DNA of 64,000 nucleotides from Octopus vulgaris (taxonomy: Eukaryota). A program made the translations under genes and the position numbers. Where the stretch lies: positions 31,992,001 through 32,056,000 of the forward strand of contig OX597818.1 of NCBI GenBank assembly GCA_951406725.2, in the 5' to 3' direction. Below the pieces are notes generated by a model. It ran no database searches, was not told where the DNA came from, and saw only the letters and a program-made list of their open reading frames with translations. Each line of letters begins with the position of its first letter. Positions within the stretch are counted from its first letter, which is position 1. Shown here piece after piece: positions 1 to 11,903 of this stretch.

Positions 1-6
1 ATATAC

Positions 7-88
<82 letters not shown>

Positions 89-307
89 GTGTTTGTGTGT
101 CTGTGCTTGCCCCTCTCCTCCAATATCGCTTCACAACCGATGCAAGTGTGTTTACGTCCCCGTAACTTAGCAGTTCGGCGAAAAAAAGACCGATAGAATA
201 AGTACAAGGCTTACAAAGAATAAGTCCTGGGGTCGATTTGCTCGACTAAATGCGGTGCTCCAGCATGGCCACAGTCAAATGGCTGAAACGAGTAAAAGAG
301 TAAGAGA
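1..307 (+). mobile_element. SINE family A, 3' half (cut by window edge), including internal (TA)n(TG)n tract
   Basis: Matches the 3' half of full copies at 3705-4117 and 10606-11016, ending gcggtgctccagcatggcc..gactgaaac..(aaagagt)n. Confidence 0.85.
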
Positions 308-431
308 ATATTCTATCATAATGTTAATAAAATTTTAATGTCAAAATAAGAAAGGCTCTAAACAGCAGAGGGCGAGAGAGATAAAAAGGAAAGAGATGAA
401 GAGAGAAAAAAGAGGAAAGGCTATTTATATG

Positions 432-1358
432 TATTTCTTTACTACTCACAAGGGGCTAAACATAGAAAGGGCAAATAAGGACAGACAAACGGATTAAGTC
501 GATTATATCGACCCCAGTGCGTAACTGGTACTTATTTAATCGACACCGAAAGAATGAAAGGCGAAGTCGACCTCGGCGGAATTTGAACTCAGAACGTAAC
601 GGCAGACGAAATATCTATTTCATTACTACCCGCAGGGGGCTACACAGAGAGGGGACCAACAAGGACAGAACGTAACGGCAGACGAAATACCTATTTCTTT
701 ATTACCCACAAGGGGGCTAAACACAGAGGGGACAAACAACGACAGACATAGGTATTAAGTCGATTACATCGACCCCAGTGCGTAACTGGTACTTAATTTA
801 TCGACCCCGAACGGATGAAAGGCAAAGTCGACCTCGGCGGGATTTGAACTCACAACGTAATGGCAGACGAATTACGTTGTGAGTTCAAATCCCGCCGAGA
901 TACCTATTTCTATTTCTTTATTACCCACAAGGGCTAAACATAGAGAGGACAAACAAGGACAGACATAGGTATTAAGTCGATTCCATCGACCCCAGTGCGT
1001 AACTGGTACTTAATTTATCGACCCCGAACGGATGAAAGGCAAAGTCGACCTGGCGGGATTTGAACTCACAACGTAATGGCAGACGAATTACGTAGTGAGT
1101 TCAAAACCCGCCGAGATACCTATTTCTATTTAATTATTACCCACAAGGGGCTAAACATAGAGAGGACAAACAAGGACAGACATAGGTATTAAGTCGATTC
1201 CATCGACCCCAGTGCGTAACTGGTACTTAATTTATCGACCCCGAAAGGATGAAAGGCAAAGTCGACCTCGGCGGAATTTGAACTCATAACGTAACGCAGA
1301 CGAAATACCGCTACGCATTTCGCCCGGCGCGCTAACGTTTCTGCCAGCTCGCCGCCCT
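432..1358 (-). mobile_element. SINE family B tandem multimer (one full head plus about 4 partial units), single TSD-flanked insertion
   Basis: Repeated units ctatttctttactacccacaagggg...gaactcagaacgtaacggcagacgaaatac; flanking direct repeat gaaaggctat(t/a)tatatg at 415-431 and 1359-1375. Confidence 0.85.
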
Positions 1359-1914
1359 GAAAGGCTATATATATGAACTTCATAAATGGATACACTTTTT
1401 TCTTTACATGTGTATATCTTACGTTTGCCTATCTTTCTCCTCTCTCTTCCTCTTTGTCTTTCCTCCCACCTCTATTTCCTCAAGCACAAAAAATATATAC
1501 AGCAATCACGTCACATACGGCCACAAAATTTTACGGTAATTAATCTCATTTCTGGCGTTTTGTTTTTATTTTCATCTCATTTCATTTCTCTACGCATTCG
1601 TTTTATTTAACCATCTCCACACAACCCACTCCTGAACTGTTGACAGATTTCTGTTTGAACTGTGTCTTCGCTGCTAACGAACCAACCCTGTTGACAGAGC
1701 AGTATCGGCAACGAATTTAATGTTTGTTTGGAGGACACACGAACTTCGTCCAGTGAGAAAAATCTGTAAGTGATCACATTGGGTGCTAGAAATAGCAGCT
1801 TGATTTCATCAAATCATAATTTACTGAATTTAAAACGGGGTGAAAAAGATATATTGGACATGCCAGACGAAATGGGAATCGCAGGTACTTAGATTAGATA
1901 TGTTTAACATTAAA

Positions 1915-2298
1915 TCTCTTTATATATAAACGGCAGTTTGTCTGTGTGCGTGTCTGTGTGTCTGTTAGGTTGTACCCTCACCCTGACCACGGCTTTCAAC
2001 CGATTCTGATGAAACTTGACACACACATAGCCCAATGTCATAATTCAAAACTAACGCAGCGAAAATTTTGAAAAGTTCCCCCAGTTCTGAAAAAGATCGA
2101 TAAATTCGACATGGGGTCGACAATCAGAAACACAAACGACAGACTGTCTAGGGGACGGAACTCGACCTTTTCAACTCTCAAAAAAAACTTACCATCATTT
2201 TTTTCCCATTTTTTTGCTATTTTTTGGCTATAACTCTCTAAAAATGCTTTATAGTTATTTCCCTTACAAACCCGAGCAACGCCGGGCGATACTGCTAG
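1915..2298 (+). mobile_element. Non-autonomous Helitron-type element
   Basis: 5' TC start (a^tctctttatatataaaa), subterminal GC hairpin cccgagcaacgccggg, 3' CTAG, inserted between host A and T with no TSD. Confidence 0.8.
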
Positions 2299-2495
2299 TC
2301 AACAATATTTCTCGAAACCATGAGTGTCTATTGTTTATTTTCCTTTAAAATGTTTACGCATTCAGAAATTAAAATATTATATTATTCGAATTTGCAGTTG
2401 ATTTTTAAAATCAATAGTAATTTGGAAAGTTGGAACAAGCATTCTGCATTTTCAATAAACTGCTGGTTTTGGTCCAAATTTTGAAAGTATTGTTA

Positions 2496-3487
2496 TTCTT
2501 ATTATTTTGTTGTGACTGTTATTTTTGTTGTTATTATTGTGAGCTGACAGAATCGCTATCAGGCCGGGCAAAATGCCTATTTCTTTACTACCCACAAGGG
2601 GCTAAACAATGAGAGGACAAACAAGGACAGACAAACGTTAATCCGTTAAGTCGATTATATCAACCCCAGTGCGTAACTGGTACTTAATTTATCGACCCCG
2701 AAAGGATAAAAGGCAAAGTCGACCTTGGCGGAATTTGAACTCAGAACGTAATGGCAGACGAAATACGGCTACGCATTTCGCCCGGCGTGCTAACGTGTCT
2801 GCCAGCTCGCTGCCGGGCGAAATGCCGTTAAGCATTTCGCCCGTCTTCTTGTTATAAGTTCAAATTACGCCGTGGTCGATAAATTAAGTACCAGGAAAAT
2901 TCTGGTGTCGATGTAATAGATTAGTCCTCTCCCTCAAAATTTCAGGCCTTGTCCTTATAGTAGAAAGGGTTATTGTGACTTAGCCGGTGTACGACTCTGT
3001 TTGATCAAAAGATATATGGTCAAAGGCATTGTGGCGTGGCCATCTAATTCTTTTATTTGAGGCTTAACGTATCGCCCCGATATATGCTATTCTTTCCGAG
3101 GCAGTAAATCGTCATTTGAATGTGATTGTTGTGCAGGTCGATATGTTAAGCGGGGCGATACGGAAAGGCTCAAATAAAAGAATTAGATGGCTACGGCCAG
3201 AATACCTTTGACCATATATCTTTTGATCAAACAGAGCGGAACTGAGGCTAAGCTACAATGACCCTTTCTACTATAAGCACAAGGCCTGAAATTTTGAGGG
3301 AGAGGACTAGTCGATTATATAAACTCCAGAGTTTCACTGGTACTTAATTTATCGACCACAGCGTAGTTTGAACTCAGAACGTGAAGATGGGCGAAATGCT
3401 TAGCGGCATTTCGTCCGGCTTGCTAACGTTTCTGTCAGCTCACAATGATAACAATAAAAATAACAGCCACGACAACAACAATAAGAA
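2496..3487. repeat. Long imperfect inverted repeat (arms 2496-3079 minus the inserted SINE, and 3151-3487; ~71 bp spacer)
   Basis: tttgatcaaaagatatatggtcaaagg vs cctttgaccatatatcttttgatcaaa; ccctcaaaatttcaggccttg vs caaggcctgaaattttgaggg. Confidence 0.85.
2578..2814 (-). mobile_element. SINE family B monomer inserted into another SINE B-type copy
   Basis: Family B sequence; TSD gccgggc(a/g)aaatgcc at 2563-2577 and 2812-2826. Confidence 0.85.
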
Positions 3488-3704
3488 GACTGACAACACT
3501 GAGTGCGATTGTAGTGCAGGTCGCGCCTCTGTTTAGAAGCTCCTTTTCAATATGGTAAAATGGTGGAGGGTGGCTAGTTGGTAATATCAGTAAAGCACCG
3601 GGAATATATCTTGCGGTTAACGCCGAAACTAAATTCCATCTCCTTTTCGTGACTTTGAGAAAATAATCACCAGTGGTAATTATTTTGATAAAATAATTAC
3701 CATA

Positions 3705-4117
3705 GCGCAGGAGTGGCTGTGTGGTAAGTAGCTTGTTTACCAACCGCATGGTTCCGGGTTCAGTCCCACTGCGTGGCACCTTGGGCAAGTGACTTCAACT
3801 ATAGCCTCGGGCCGACCAATGCCTTGTGAGTGGATTTGGTAGACGGAAACTGAAAGAAGCCCGTCGTATATATGTATATATATGTATATGTATGTGTGTG
3901 TTTGTGTGTCTGTGTTTGTCCCCCTAGCATTGCTTGACAACCGATGCTGGTGTGTTTACGTCCCCGTTACTTAGCGGTTCGGCAAAAGAGACCGATAGAA
4001 TAAGTACTGGGCTTACAAAGAATAAGTCCCGGGGTCGTTTGCTCGACTAAAGGCGGTGCTCCAGCATGGCCGCAGTCAAATGACTGAAACAAGTAAAAGA
4101 GTAAAAGAGTAAAAGAG
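3705..4117 (+). mobile_element. SINE family A, full length (tRNA-like head, internal microsatellite, LINE-like tail)
   Basis: Head with A/B-box-like tggctgtgtgg and gggttcagtccc, CORE-like accttgggcaagt, internal (TA)(TG), tail ending (aaagagt)n; more than 10 copies in window. Confidence 0.9.
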
Positions 4118-5062
4118 TGGAATATCGAGCTCCATCAAATCATCTTTATGTTAGTCACATTGTGTGGCCTTGTGCTTCTGTTATATCAAATTTTCTTCCT
4201 GGTTTCGCTTTTCCACATTTACTAAGTATATTTTAGAAAACATCTTAACTTCCTGATAACAATACATGTCTTCACTTCAAAACATGAAACAAACGGAAGA
4301 CAAAGAATGACAACGAGGCTGGTAAAGATAGGTTTTGAATTTCCGAATTCAATGTGTGTGGGCTAGCATCACTAACTTTGGCTTCCAACAAATACATTGA
4401 AATCGTTTTTGGTTCTGTTCTGTCAACATTGTTAGGGTTCACGATTTAAGAATTGCACTACATTTACTACCATCAGCACTAAATACAAATTATTAATATA
4501 ATTACTAATAATAGGATATTCTTCTTATCTCGAAATGAATTTTTCTAATATTATCTTTGTATAAGATTTTATGTTATCCTAGCTTATTATGGCTGTTGTA
4601 GTTGTATTCCTTGTTTGTTGTAGTGGTGCTATTATATTTGTTCTTGATGTTGGTATGGGTGATGTGATTGATATTGTTATTGAGTTTCAGACTTGGCGTA
4701 TCCATTATTCTTTGTCAGTATGTGTGTGTATACATATGTATATATATATGCACTACGCTTTTGTTTGTCAGTATGTATGTATATATTTAGTTATATATTC
4801 ACACATACAAAACACACACACACACATGCAGAGAGTTGGAGAAGGGAGACGGAAGAATGAAGAAAATTTTATGTCCATCAAGAATTCCATATATACAGCG
4901 CTACATTCAGAGAACATTTCTTGTATTTATATAACCTTATATCTATATTACCACACACGTATACAGACATGCAAAAATGTGTAAACTTCTTACAGGCCAA
5001 GCAAGCGGCTCAGTTTCGAATTTTCGTTGAAGCCAATTCTCCTCACCTATTCATTGACATTA

Positions 5063-5370
5063 TGGAGGCGCAATGGCCTAGTGATTAGGGCAGCGGCCTC
5101 TCGATCGGAGGATCGAGGTTTCAATTCCCAGACCGGGCGTTGTGTGTATTTATTGAGCAAAATCACCTAAAGCTCCACGAGGCTCCGGCAGGGGGTTGTG
5201 GCGACCCCTGTTGTACTCTTCCGCGCCAACTTTCTCTCACTCTTTCTTCCTGTTTCTTGAGTAACGCTGCGATGGACTGGCGTCCCGTCTAGCTGGCGGA
5301 ACACATACGCCACAGAAACCGGGAAACTGGTCCCATGAGCCTGGCTAGGCTTGAAAAGGGCGCATAAAAA
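5063..5370 (+). mobile_element. tRNA-derived SINE (head type 1 + tail type Y)
   Basis: Head ggaggcgcaatggcctagtg..ggtttcaattccc shared with the 31505-31875 copy; tail ctgcgatggactggcgtcccgtc..gaaaccgggaaac shared with the 16358-16558 copy. Confidence 0.75.
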
Positions 5371-5529
5371 ATAAAAAATAATTCAATGACACTGCAAAAG
5401 TTCTTGATTAAAGTTTCAATATCTCAACATCTGAATGTCTAAAAATTTTTTTATAGATATCCGAATGTACAATCTTGTGAAAACTCCGTAAGTTTATACA
5501 TATGAATGAAGTTTTGTTTGTAAGTGTAT

Positions 5530-5918
5530 GCTGTGGTAAGTAGCTTGCTTTCCAATCACATGGTTCCGGGTTCAGTCTCACTGCGTGGCACTTTGGGCAA
5601 GAGTCTTCTACTATAGCCTCGGGCCGACCAAAGCCTTGTAAGTTAATTTAGTAGACGGAAACTGAAAGAAACCCATCGTATATATATATATATATATGTA
5701 TATGTTTGTGTGTGTCTATGTTTGTCCCCCCACCAATGTCGTTTGACAACCGATGCTGGTGTGTTTACGTCCCCGTAATCTAGCGGTTCGGGAAAAGAGA
5801 CCGATAGAATAAGTACTAGGCTTACAAAGAATAAGTCCTGGGGTCGATTTGCTCGACTAAAGGCGGTGCTCCAGCATGGCCGCAGCCAAATGACTGAAAC
5901 AAGTGAAAGAATAAAAGA
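5530..5918 (+). mobile_element. SINE family A
   Basis: Near-full match to 3705-4117. Confidence 0.9.
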
Positions 5919-5978
5919 ATGTATATATATATATGTTTGTATGTATATACACATATATGTTTTTGTTTTAATGTACGC

Positions 5979-6020
<42 letters not shown>

Positions 6021-6029
6021 GTTTGCACG

Positions 6030-6067
<38 letters not shown>

Positions 6068-6467
6068 CGTATATATAGACACACATATATACACAAATTC
6101 ATGCATACATATATCCATACGCATACACAGACGCACACAAACTCTCTCACACACACATACACACTCATACTCACAAATATATGTATGTATGTATATATGT
6201 ATGTATGTATATATGCATGTATGTTTGTATGTATTTATGTATGTATGCATGTATATTTAAGTGTGTAACATTGACATGACGCACAATTTCGTATAAACAT
6301 TTAAAACACTCACGTTAAGTTAGACCTCGAAGGAATGTTACTACAACTTTCTGTAGTTTCTATATCAAACTTCAATCATTATAAAATGATATTTTCCCCA
6401 GTAGATGGTAGTATTTTGGACCTATCAGAGATACCTGCAAATTCAGTTTAACTTAACTAACAGTTGT

Positions 6468-6790
6468 GAAGGCGCGTGGCTTAGTGGTTAGGGCATTCGG
6501 CTCACGATTGTAAGATCGTGAGTTCGATTCCAAGCGACGCGTTGTGTCCTTGAGCAAGACACTTTATTTCATGTTGCTCCAGTCCACTCAGCTGGCAAAA
6601 ATGAGTTGTACCTGTATTTCAAAGGGCCGGCATTGTCACACTGTGTGTCACGCTGAATCTCCCTGAGAACTACGTTAAGGGTACACGTGTCTGTGGAGTG
6701 CTCAGCCACTTGCACGTTAATTTCACGAGCAGGCTGTTCTGTTGATCGTATCAGCTGGGACCCTCGTTGTCGTAACCGACGGAGTGCTCC
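6468..6790 (+). mobile_element. tRNA-derived SINE (head type 2 + tail type X)
   Basis: Head tggcttagtggttag..gagttcgattcc and core gtgtccttgagcaagacacttt; tail gtgtctgtggagtgctcagccac..gtaaccgacggagtgc shared with 31505-31875. Confidence 0.8.
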
Positions 6791-7005
6791 TTATATAACT
6801 AACAGTTGCAAGTATACGCTCGAAGTTGTGTTCTTCCTCCAATCGTCAATTGCATACTGAGTAGCTGTCCTTTCAACAAGTTTTACCTTTTTCTTTCCAC
6901 CTTCATTTTCCTCTTCAAGCGGCGTTTAACAAAGTAGATGTGAGCTTAGCTCAGTGCTTTCAATACAGCCCTTCACCCATTTTATTTCGTCATAGCCATT
7001 AGATA

Positions 7006-7797
7006 CAGGATCTTTTCTATTTGGCTGCGCTTTTTGCAATTTTAAAATTGAGCGAAAATTTTAAAATTTGGTGTATTGATGTCATTTTTCACGCTGAATC
7101 TCACACGCTTAAAAAAATTTTTTTTTTTTTAAAGTTACAGAAGTTTGAAATTTGATAATTTTTACCCAGTCAGAAAACAGGATTTGGAAGCTGCCATTTT
7201 GTGCGTAACTGCACGTTTTGTTAACATTGTGACAATAGCAAGTGTTTTAATATCAAACTGTAAACAAATGAAATATTGGCGGAATTCGGCTTTATCTATG
7301 CCATATAATTCTACATAACTTATTTTTTATGGTTTTGGAAATTTCAGAAAATTTTTGCAAATTTGTATTCTACACACGGAAATTCATACAATTATGCAAA
7401 AAAAAAAATTAGTGCATGATTTAAGGCCTATTTAGCTGATATTTTCAGCATATGAAGTAATCGTGGATCACCTCATACCTTATGTATTTCAAGTATTTAA
7501 TAAGCGAAAAATGACCATGTGGTTGGACAGGACAGCAACTGATACGTAAGCGGCTTGGTAACAGCTTGGCTTGTTACTATGGAAAGAGGCACCTATATGT
7601 CTGTGGCTTTCGATTGGCTAACGTTACTAACAATTTGCAAAGTTTATAATTTACTAACTCTTTATTTATTGATTTATGGTGAAAATGAATTTCATATCAA
7701 TAATTACCATACAAAAGTACATCAATACACTAAATATGAAGTCAATTAGAACAAAATTGAAGAGATTGAAAAGTTGCAACCAAACAAAAAAGATCTG
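7006..7797. mobile_element. Non-autonomous DNA transposon (MITE-like) with imperfect TIRs
   Basis: Left caggatcttttctatttggctgcgctttt vs reverse complement of right cagatcttttttgtttggttgcaactttt; also tttggtgtattgat / atcaatacactaaa; TA at or near both ends; no ORF. Confidence 0.6.
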
Positions 7798-8049
7798 ATA
7801 CAAGAATTTCCCTGCCATTTCTTATTAACGAAAGGAATGGTAGGAATAATTACACGAAAGAGTCGTCCGCTTCCCGTGTTTGTTTTACAGGCATCAGCTG
7901 GAATAAAGGTAGTTTTACAAGTCAATAACGTTTAAATTATGAACAAGTGCAAAGAAAAGTTTCAAAGCTCCGTTCACATCTTGGACAAGCCAACTTGTTC
8001 TTTCTGATATCAAGTGCATTTTCATCAGGCTAGAATAAAAATTGTGAGA

Positions 8050-8054
<5 letters not shown>

Positions 8055-8126
<72 letters not shown>

Positions 8127-8320
8127 ACACGCACACACACACACACACACAGACACACACGGGATCCTTCACAGCTTCCGTCTACCAAATTCACTGACAA
8201 GACATTGGCCGACCCGGGTTTGTAGTAGAAAACGCTTGCTATATGTACGGTGCAATGGGATTGAAACCGAAACCACTTGGCTGCAAAGCAATCTTCTTAA
8301 CCACATTGCCATGTCTGCAC
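8055..8320 (-). mobile_element. Degraded SINE family A 5' half with (CA)n
   Basis: cttccgtctaccaaattcact..gggattgaaaccgaaaccac resembles the family A head on the minus strand. Confidence 0.6.
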
Positions 8321-9396
8321 CTCATGTATAATATGAATTTCTCCTAATGATCCTAATCAGTGTTGTTAAATCCATATTTTTAGCAGTACCATTTCTAATT
8401 CTTCAAGTAGTTGTTTTTCTTGCTACTCGTTCAGACCAACTCTTACTGAGTCGACCCATAATCGAAGAAGTTCCAGTCAGTCATCCCCAGAGGTTCTTTA
8501 TCTAATCTATGGCTGCAATATACAATGTCCTTCGCGTTTTAAAAACAGCAGGGTAGGATTTGAGTGAGATTTGTCTGCTACTTTCAGCATGTCAAAAGAC
8601 CATGAAGAGGTTTCCTCGTACAAATCGAAAACAGGTCACGAATTCATCTTGACAGATAGACGATGCCGAATTGGCCACTTAACAACTGTGTATATATTTA
8701 TTGAAAGAAAACAACGACGAAAGACAAAAGAGTGTACAGCTATGTAAACTACTTAAATAGCTACTGAAATAGCTGTTAACAAGTGGTAAGTAGTTTTAAA
8801 CGCTTCTAATTAAAGAGGAAAGAAATACGTATTTTGTCTTCGGGGAAAAGAAAAGAGAAGCTAAGAAAGAGACGATAGGTAGGACAGAGGGAGAAGGAAA
8901 AGAAAAGAAAGAGAACATAAGAAATGACAGAAGCTTTAAAAAAAAAAAAAAAGAGGAAATGTAAGAAAGAAAGAAAGAAACTGCAGCTAACAGAGAAGTC
9001 ATTAGAATAGTTTTCCTTGTTCGTTTACAAATAGGAAATGTGTGTTTAAGAGCGGTAAAACCGTCCAGACATTTTTAATTAAATGGTATGTGCGAAGAAC
9101 GCTAGCAAATTTAGTTAAAACGAATCGACGACATTGCTATTGTCTGAAAGAAACAGGCAGAGAGGCAGATCATTGAAATAAACTACACGAAACATCTAGA
9201 TGCCATCAGCCAGGTTATTTATCACCATTAAATTACTTCTCCGGTGACAAAATTACTACACGAGTTTGGCAGTAACAACGGAAGCGTCGAACATTTTTGC
9301 CATTCGGTATTTAGTTACGTCCCTTTCCGTTCTTAAGTTCTGTCGGTATCGATGAAATGAACAGAAGTATGTAATCGATATCTGACTCTATAACCG

Positions 9397-9457
<61 letters not shown>

Positions 9458-9618
9458 TATGTTTGACTTTTGCTTTATATTTGTACAAGTTGGCTCCAAG
9501 TCTCACCCAGAGACCTCAAGAGACAACAGGGTTGGAAGTTCATGTTGTTGTTATGCCTAGTGTGCCATATATATATTTTTTGGGGGGTGTTGTACTAATG
9601 AATGTCTAAAAAAAAATA

Positions 9619-9654
<36 letters not shown>

Positions 9655-9760
9655 CATTATTATTATTATTATATGTTTAATATTTGCTTTGTATTTGTAC
9701 GAGTTGGCTCCAAATAATCTCACCCAAAGACCTCAACATAATCTGCAAAACATGAAATCC
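9397..9760 (-). mobile_element. Two short 3'-UTR fragments of an RLE-type LINE embedded in (ATT)n
   Basis: ctatgtttgacttttgcttt..gttggctccaagtctcacccagagacctcaag is nearly identical to 15188-15300; (ATT)n tracts at 9397-9456 and 9620-9670. Confidence 0.75.
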
Positions 9761-9961
9761 GAGTGTCATGGCCTTTATAGAACTCAGACACAGCGCAGCA
9801 ATATACACCGACAGAGCTTCTACGTGGACGATCGGTTCACCAAAAATAGTTTCCGCTTCATACTCATATCACAACAGCCATCTTAAAAGGGTGAACTGGA
9901 TAATGTGATACTAATCGACGTGAACATATGTAAAGCAAAGGATGGTCACGGCTAAAGTACC

Positions 9962-10372
9962 TATTTCTTTACTACCCACAAGGGGCTAAACACAGAGAGG
10001 ACAAACAAGGACAGACAAACGGATTAAGTCGATTATATCGATCCCAGTGCGTAACTGGTACTTATTTAATCGACCCCGAAAGGATGAAAGGCAAAGTCGA
10101 CCTCGGCGGAATTTGAACTCAGAACGTAACGGCCGACGAAATACCTATTTCTTTATTAACCACAAGGGGCTAAGCACAGAGGGGACAAACATGGACAGAC
10201 ATAGGTATTAAGTCGATTACATCGACCCCAGTGCGTAACTGGTACTTAATTTATCGACCTCGAAAGGATGAAAGGCAAAGTCGACGTCGACGGAATTTAA
10301 ACTCAGAACGTAACGGCCGACGAAATACCGCTAAGCATTTCGCCCGACGTGCTAACGTTTCTGCCAGCTCGC
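9962..10372 (-). mobile_element. SINE family B dimer with 13-bp TSD
   Basis: Two tandem units joined at gacgaaatacctatttc; cggctaaagtacc at 9949-9961 and 10373-10385. Confidence 0.85.
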
Positions 10373-10605
10373 CGGCTAAAGTACCATTAATAATAAATCT
10401 GCTCGATCAGGGCTGTTTTGGGGACTAAACGACAATAGCGCAGTACCCACAGTACAATATGGTCATGAGACGAAACACCAGAATCAATGAAATAACAGTA
10501 ACGAAGCAAAAATTATGTGTTATTCAAATTCTATTTTACATTACCAGAATATAAAGTTGCGTACATCCCAGAAACATCGAACAGAAAATCTCATAAAATT
10601 AATGA

Positions 10606-11016
10606 AGGAGTGGATGTGTGGTAAGTAGCTTGCTTACCAACCACATGGTTCCGGGTTCAGTCCCACTGCGTGGCACCTTGGGCAAGTGTCTTCTACTATA
10701 GCCTCGGGCCGACCAAAGCCTTGTGAGTGGATTTGGTAGACGGAAACTGAAAGAAGCCTATCGTATATATGTATGTATATATATATATATGTATGTGTGT
10801 GTATGTTTGTGTGTCTGTGTTTGTCCCCCTAGCATTGCTTGACAACCGATGCTGGTGTGATTACGTCCCCGTAACTTAGCGGTTCGGCAAAATGGACCGA
10901 TAGAATAAGTACTGGGCTTACAAAGAATAAGTCCCGGGGTCGATTTGCTCGACTAATGGCGGTGTTCCAGCATGGCCGCAGTCAAATGACTGAAACAAGT
11001 AAAAGAGTAAAGAGTA
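10606..11016 (+). mobile_element. SINE family A
   Basis: Full match to family A. Confidence 0.9.
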
Positions 11017-11021
11017 AGCGT

Positions 11022-11222
11022 ATAATAATGGTTTCAAATTTTGGCACAAGGCTAGCAATTTTGGGGAGTGGGTAAGTCAATTACATCGATTCCAGTGCTC
11101 AACAAGAACTAGTTGTAAAGTCCCCGAAAGGATTGAAAGGCAAAGTCAACCTCGGTGGAATTTTATCTCAGAACGTAAAATCTTTTGTCTGGGGCGTGCT
11201 AACGATCTTCCAGTTCACCACC
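11022..11222 (-). mobile_element. SINE family B variant with alternative tail (B2)
   Basis: Family B body plus tail ccccaaaattgctagccttgtgccaaaatttgaaaccattatta; same tail at 63400-63440 and similar at 50770-50810. Confidence 0.7.
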
Positions 11223-11291
11223 CTGTATGATGATGATGATGATAATGATGATGATGATGATGATGATAGAACCCGTGCTAAGATATTCTTA

Positions 11292-11406
<115 letters not shown>

Positions 11407-11426
11407 CATACATATATACATATATA

Positions 11427-11587
11427 TATCAATAAATGTAATATGTGACAATTATTCGGTAGCCAAAATAAAACTCTGAGTTTTATCTTGGCTACTGAAT
11501 AATTGTCACTTATTACATTTATTGATAAATTCTCTACTTACATAATATCGAGGTCTCTTTCTTTCTTTTGTTATATTACCGTTTTTA

Positions 11588-11590
<3 letters not shown>
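11427..11590. mobile_element. Fold-back (palindromic) short element in (TA)n, related to 53640-53850
   Basis: ~100-bp near-perfect palindrome 11427-11527 centred on aaaactc-t-gagtttt; shares atgtgacaattattcggtagcca and ttacataatatcgag with 53640-53850. Confidence 0.75.
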
Positions 11591-11627
<37 letters not shown>

Positions 11628-11632
<5 letters not shown>

Positions 11633-11835
11633 GTGACCTCGTGTGTACCGTTGGCGATTTTTTCCCTCTGTTTTCCCTTCTCTGGATCTTTCCTTCTCCT
11701 ATGTTTCCGACGAAGAGCTCCGCTCGAAACGTTAAACCTTCCTCCTTTCCTTCTTTCCTGAGCGTCCAATAATACTATATTTGTTCCACGTCCTCGCGTT
11801 GTTGTGTTTTTTTTTGTGCATTCTTGTTTGGATTA

Positions 11836-11840
<5 letters not shown>
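11628..11840 (+). mobile_element. ~210-bp hammerhead-bearing element inserted in (TA)n (Penelope-like pLTR or retrozyme-like)
   Basis: Near-identical copy at 56308-56516, 5' fragment at 44122-44165; (TA)n on both sides; contains HHR motif. Confidence 0.75.
11703..11737 (+). ncRNA. Minimal type I hammerhead ribozyme motif (variant core CCGACGA)
   Basis: gttt-CCGACGA-a-gagc(tcc)gctc-GAAA-cg-TT-aaac: stems I and II pair, stem III region is the palindrome AACGTT. Confidence 0.65.

Positions 11841-11903
<63 letters not shown>

Noticed and set aside
432-1358. CRISPR-like repeated array
   Set aside because: Units are ~185-215 bp SINE fragments without unique spacers; eukaryotic context, no cas genes.
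1648-1765. Segment ending in donor-like ct|gtaagt
   Set aside because: No frame is open across it from the first plausible acceptor; unsupported without transcripts.
6468-6545. tRNA genes at SINE heads (also 5063, 12620, 31800)
   Set aside because: A/B boxes present, but acceptor stems are incomplete and each continues into a shared SINE body.
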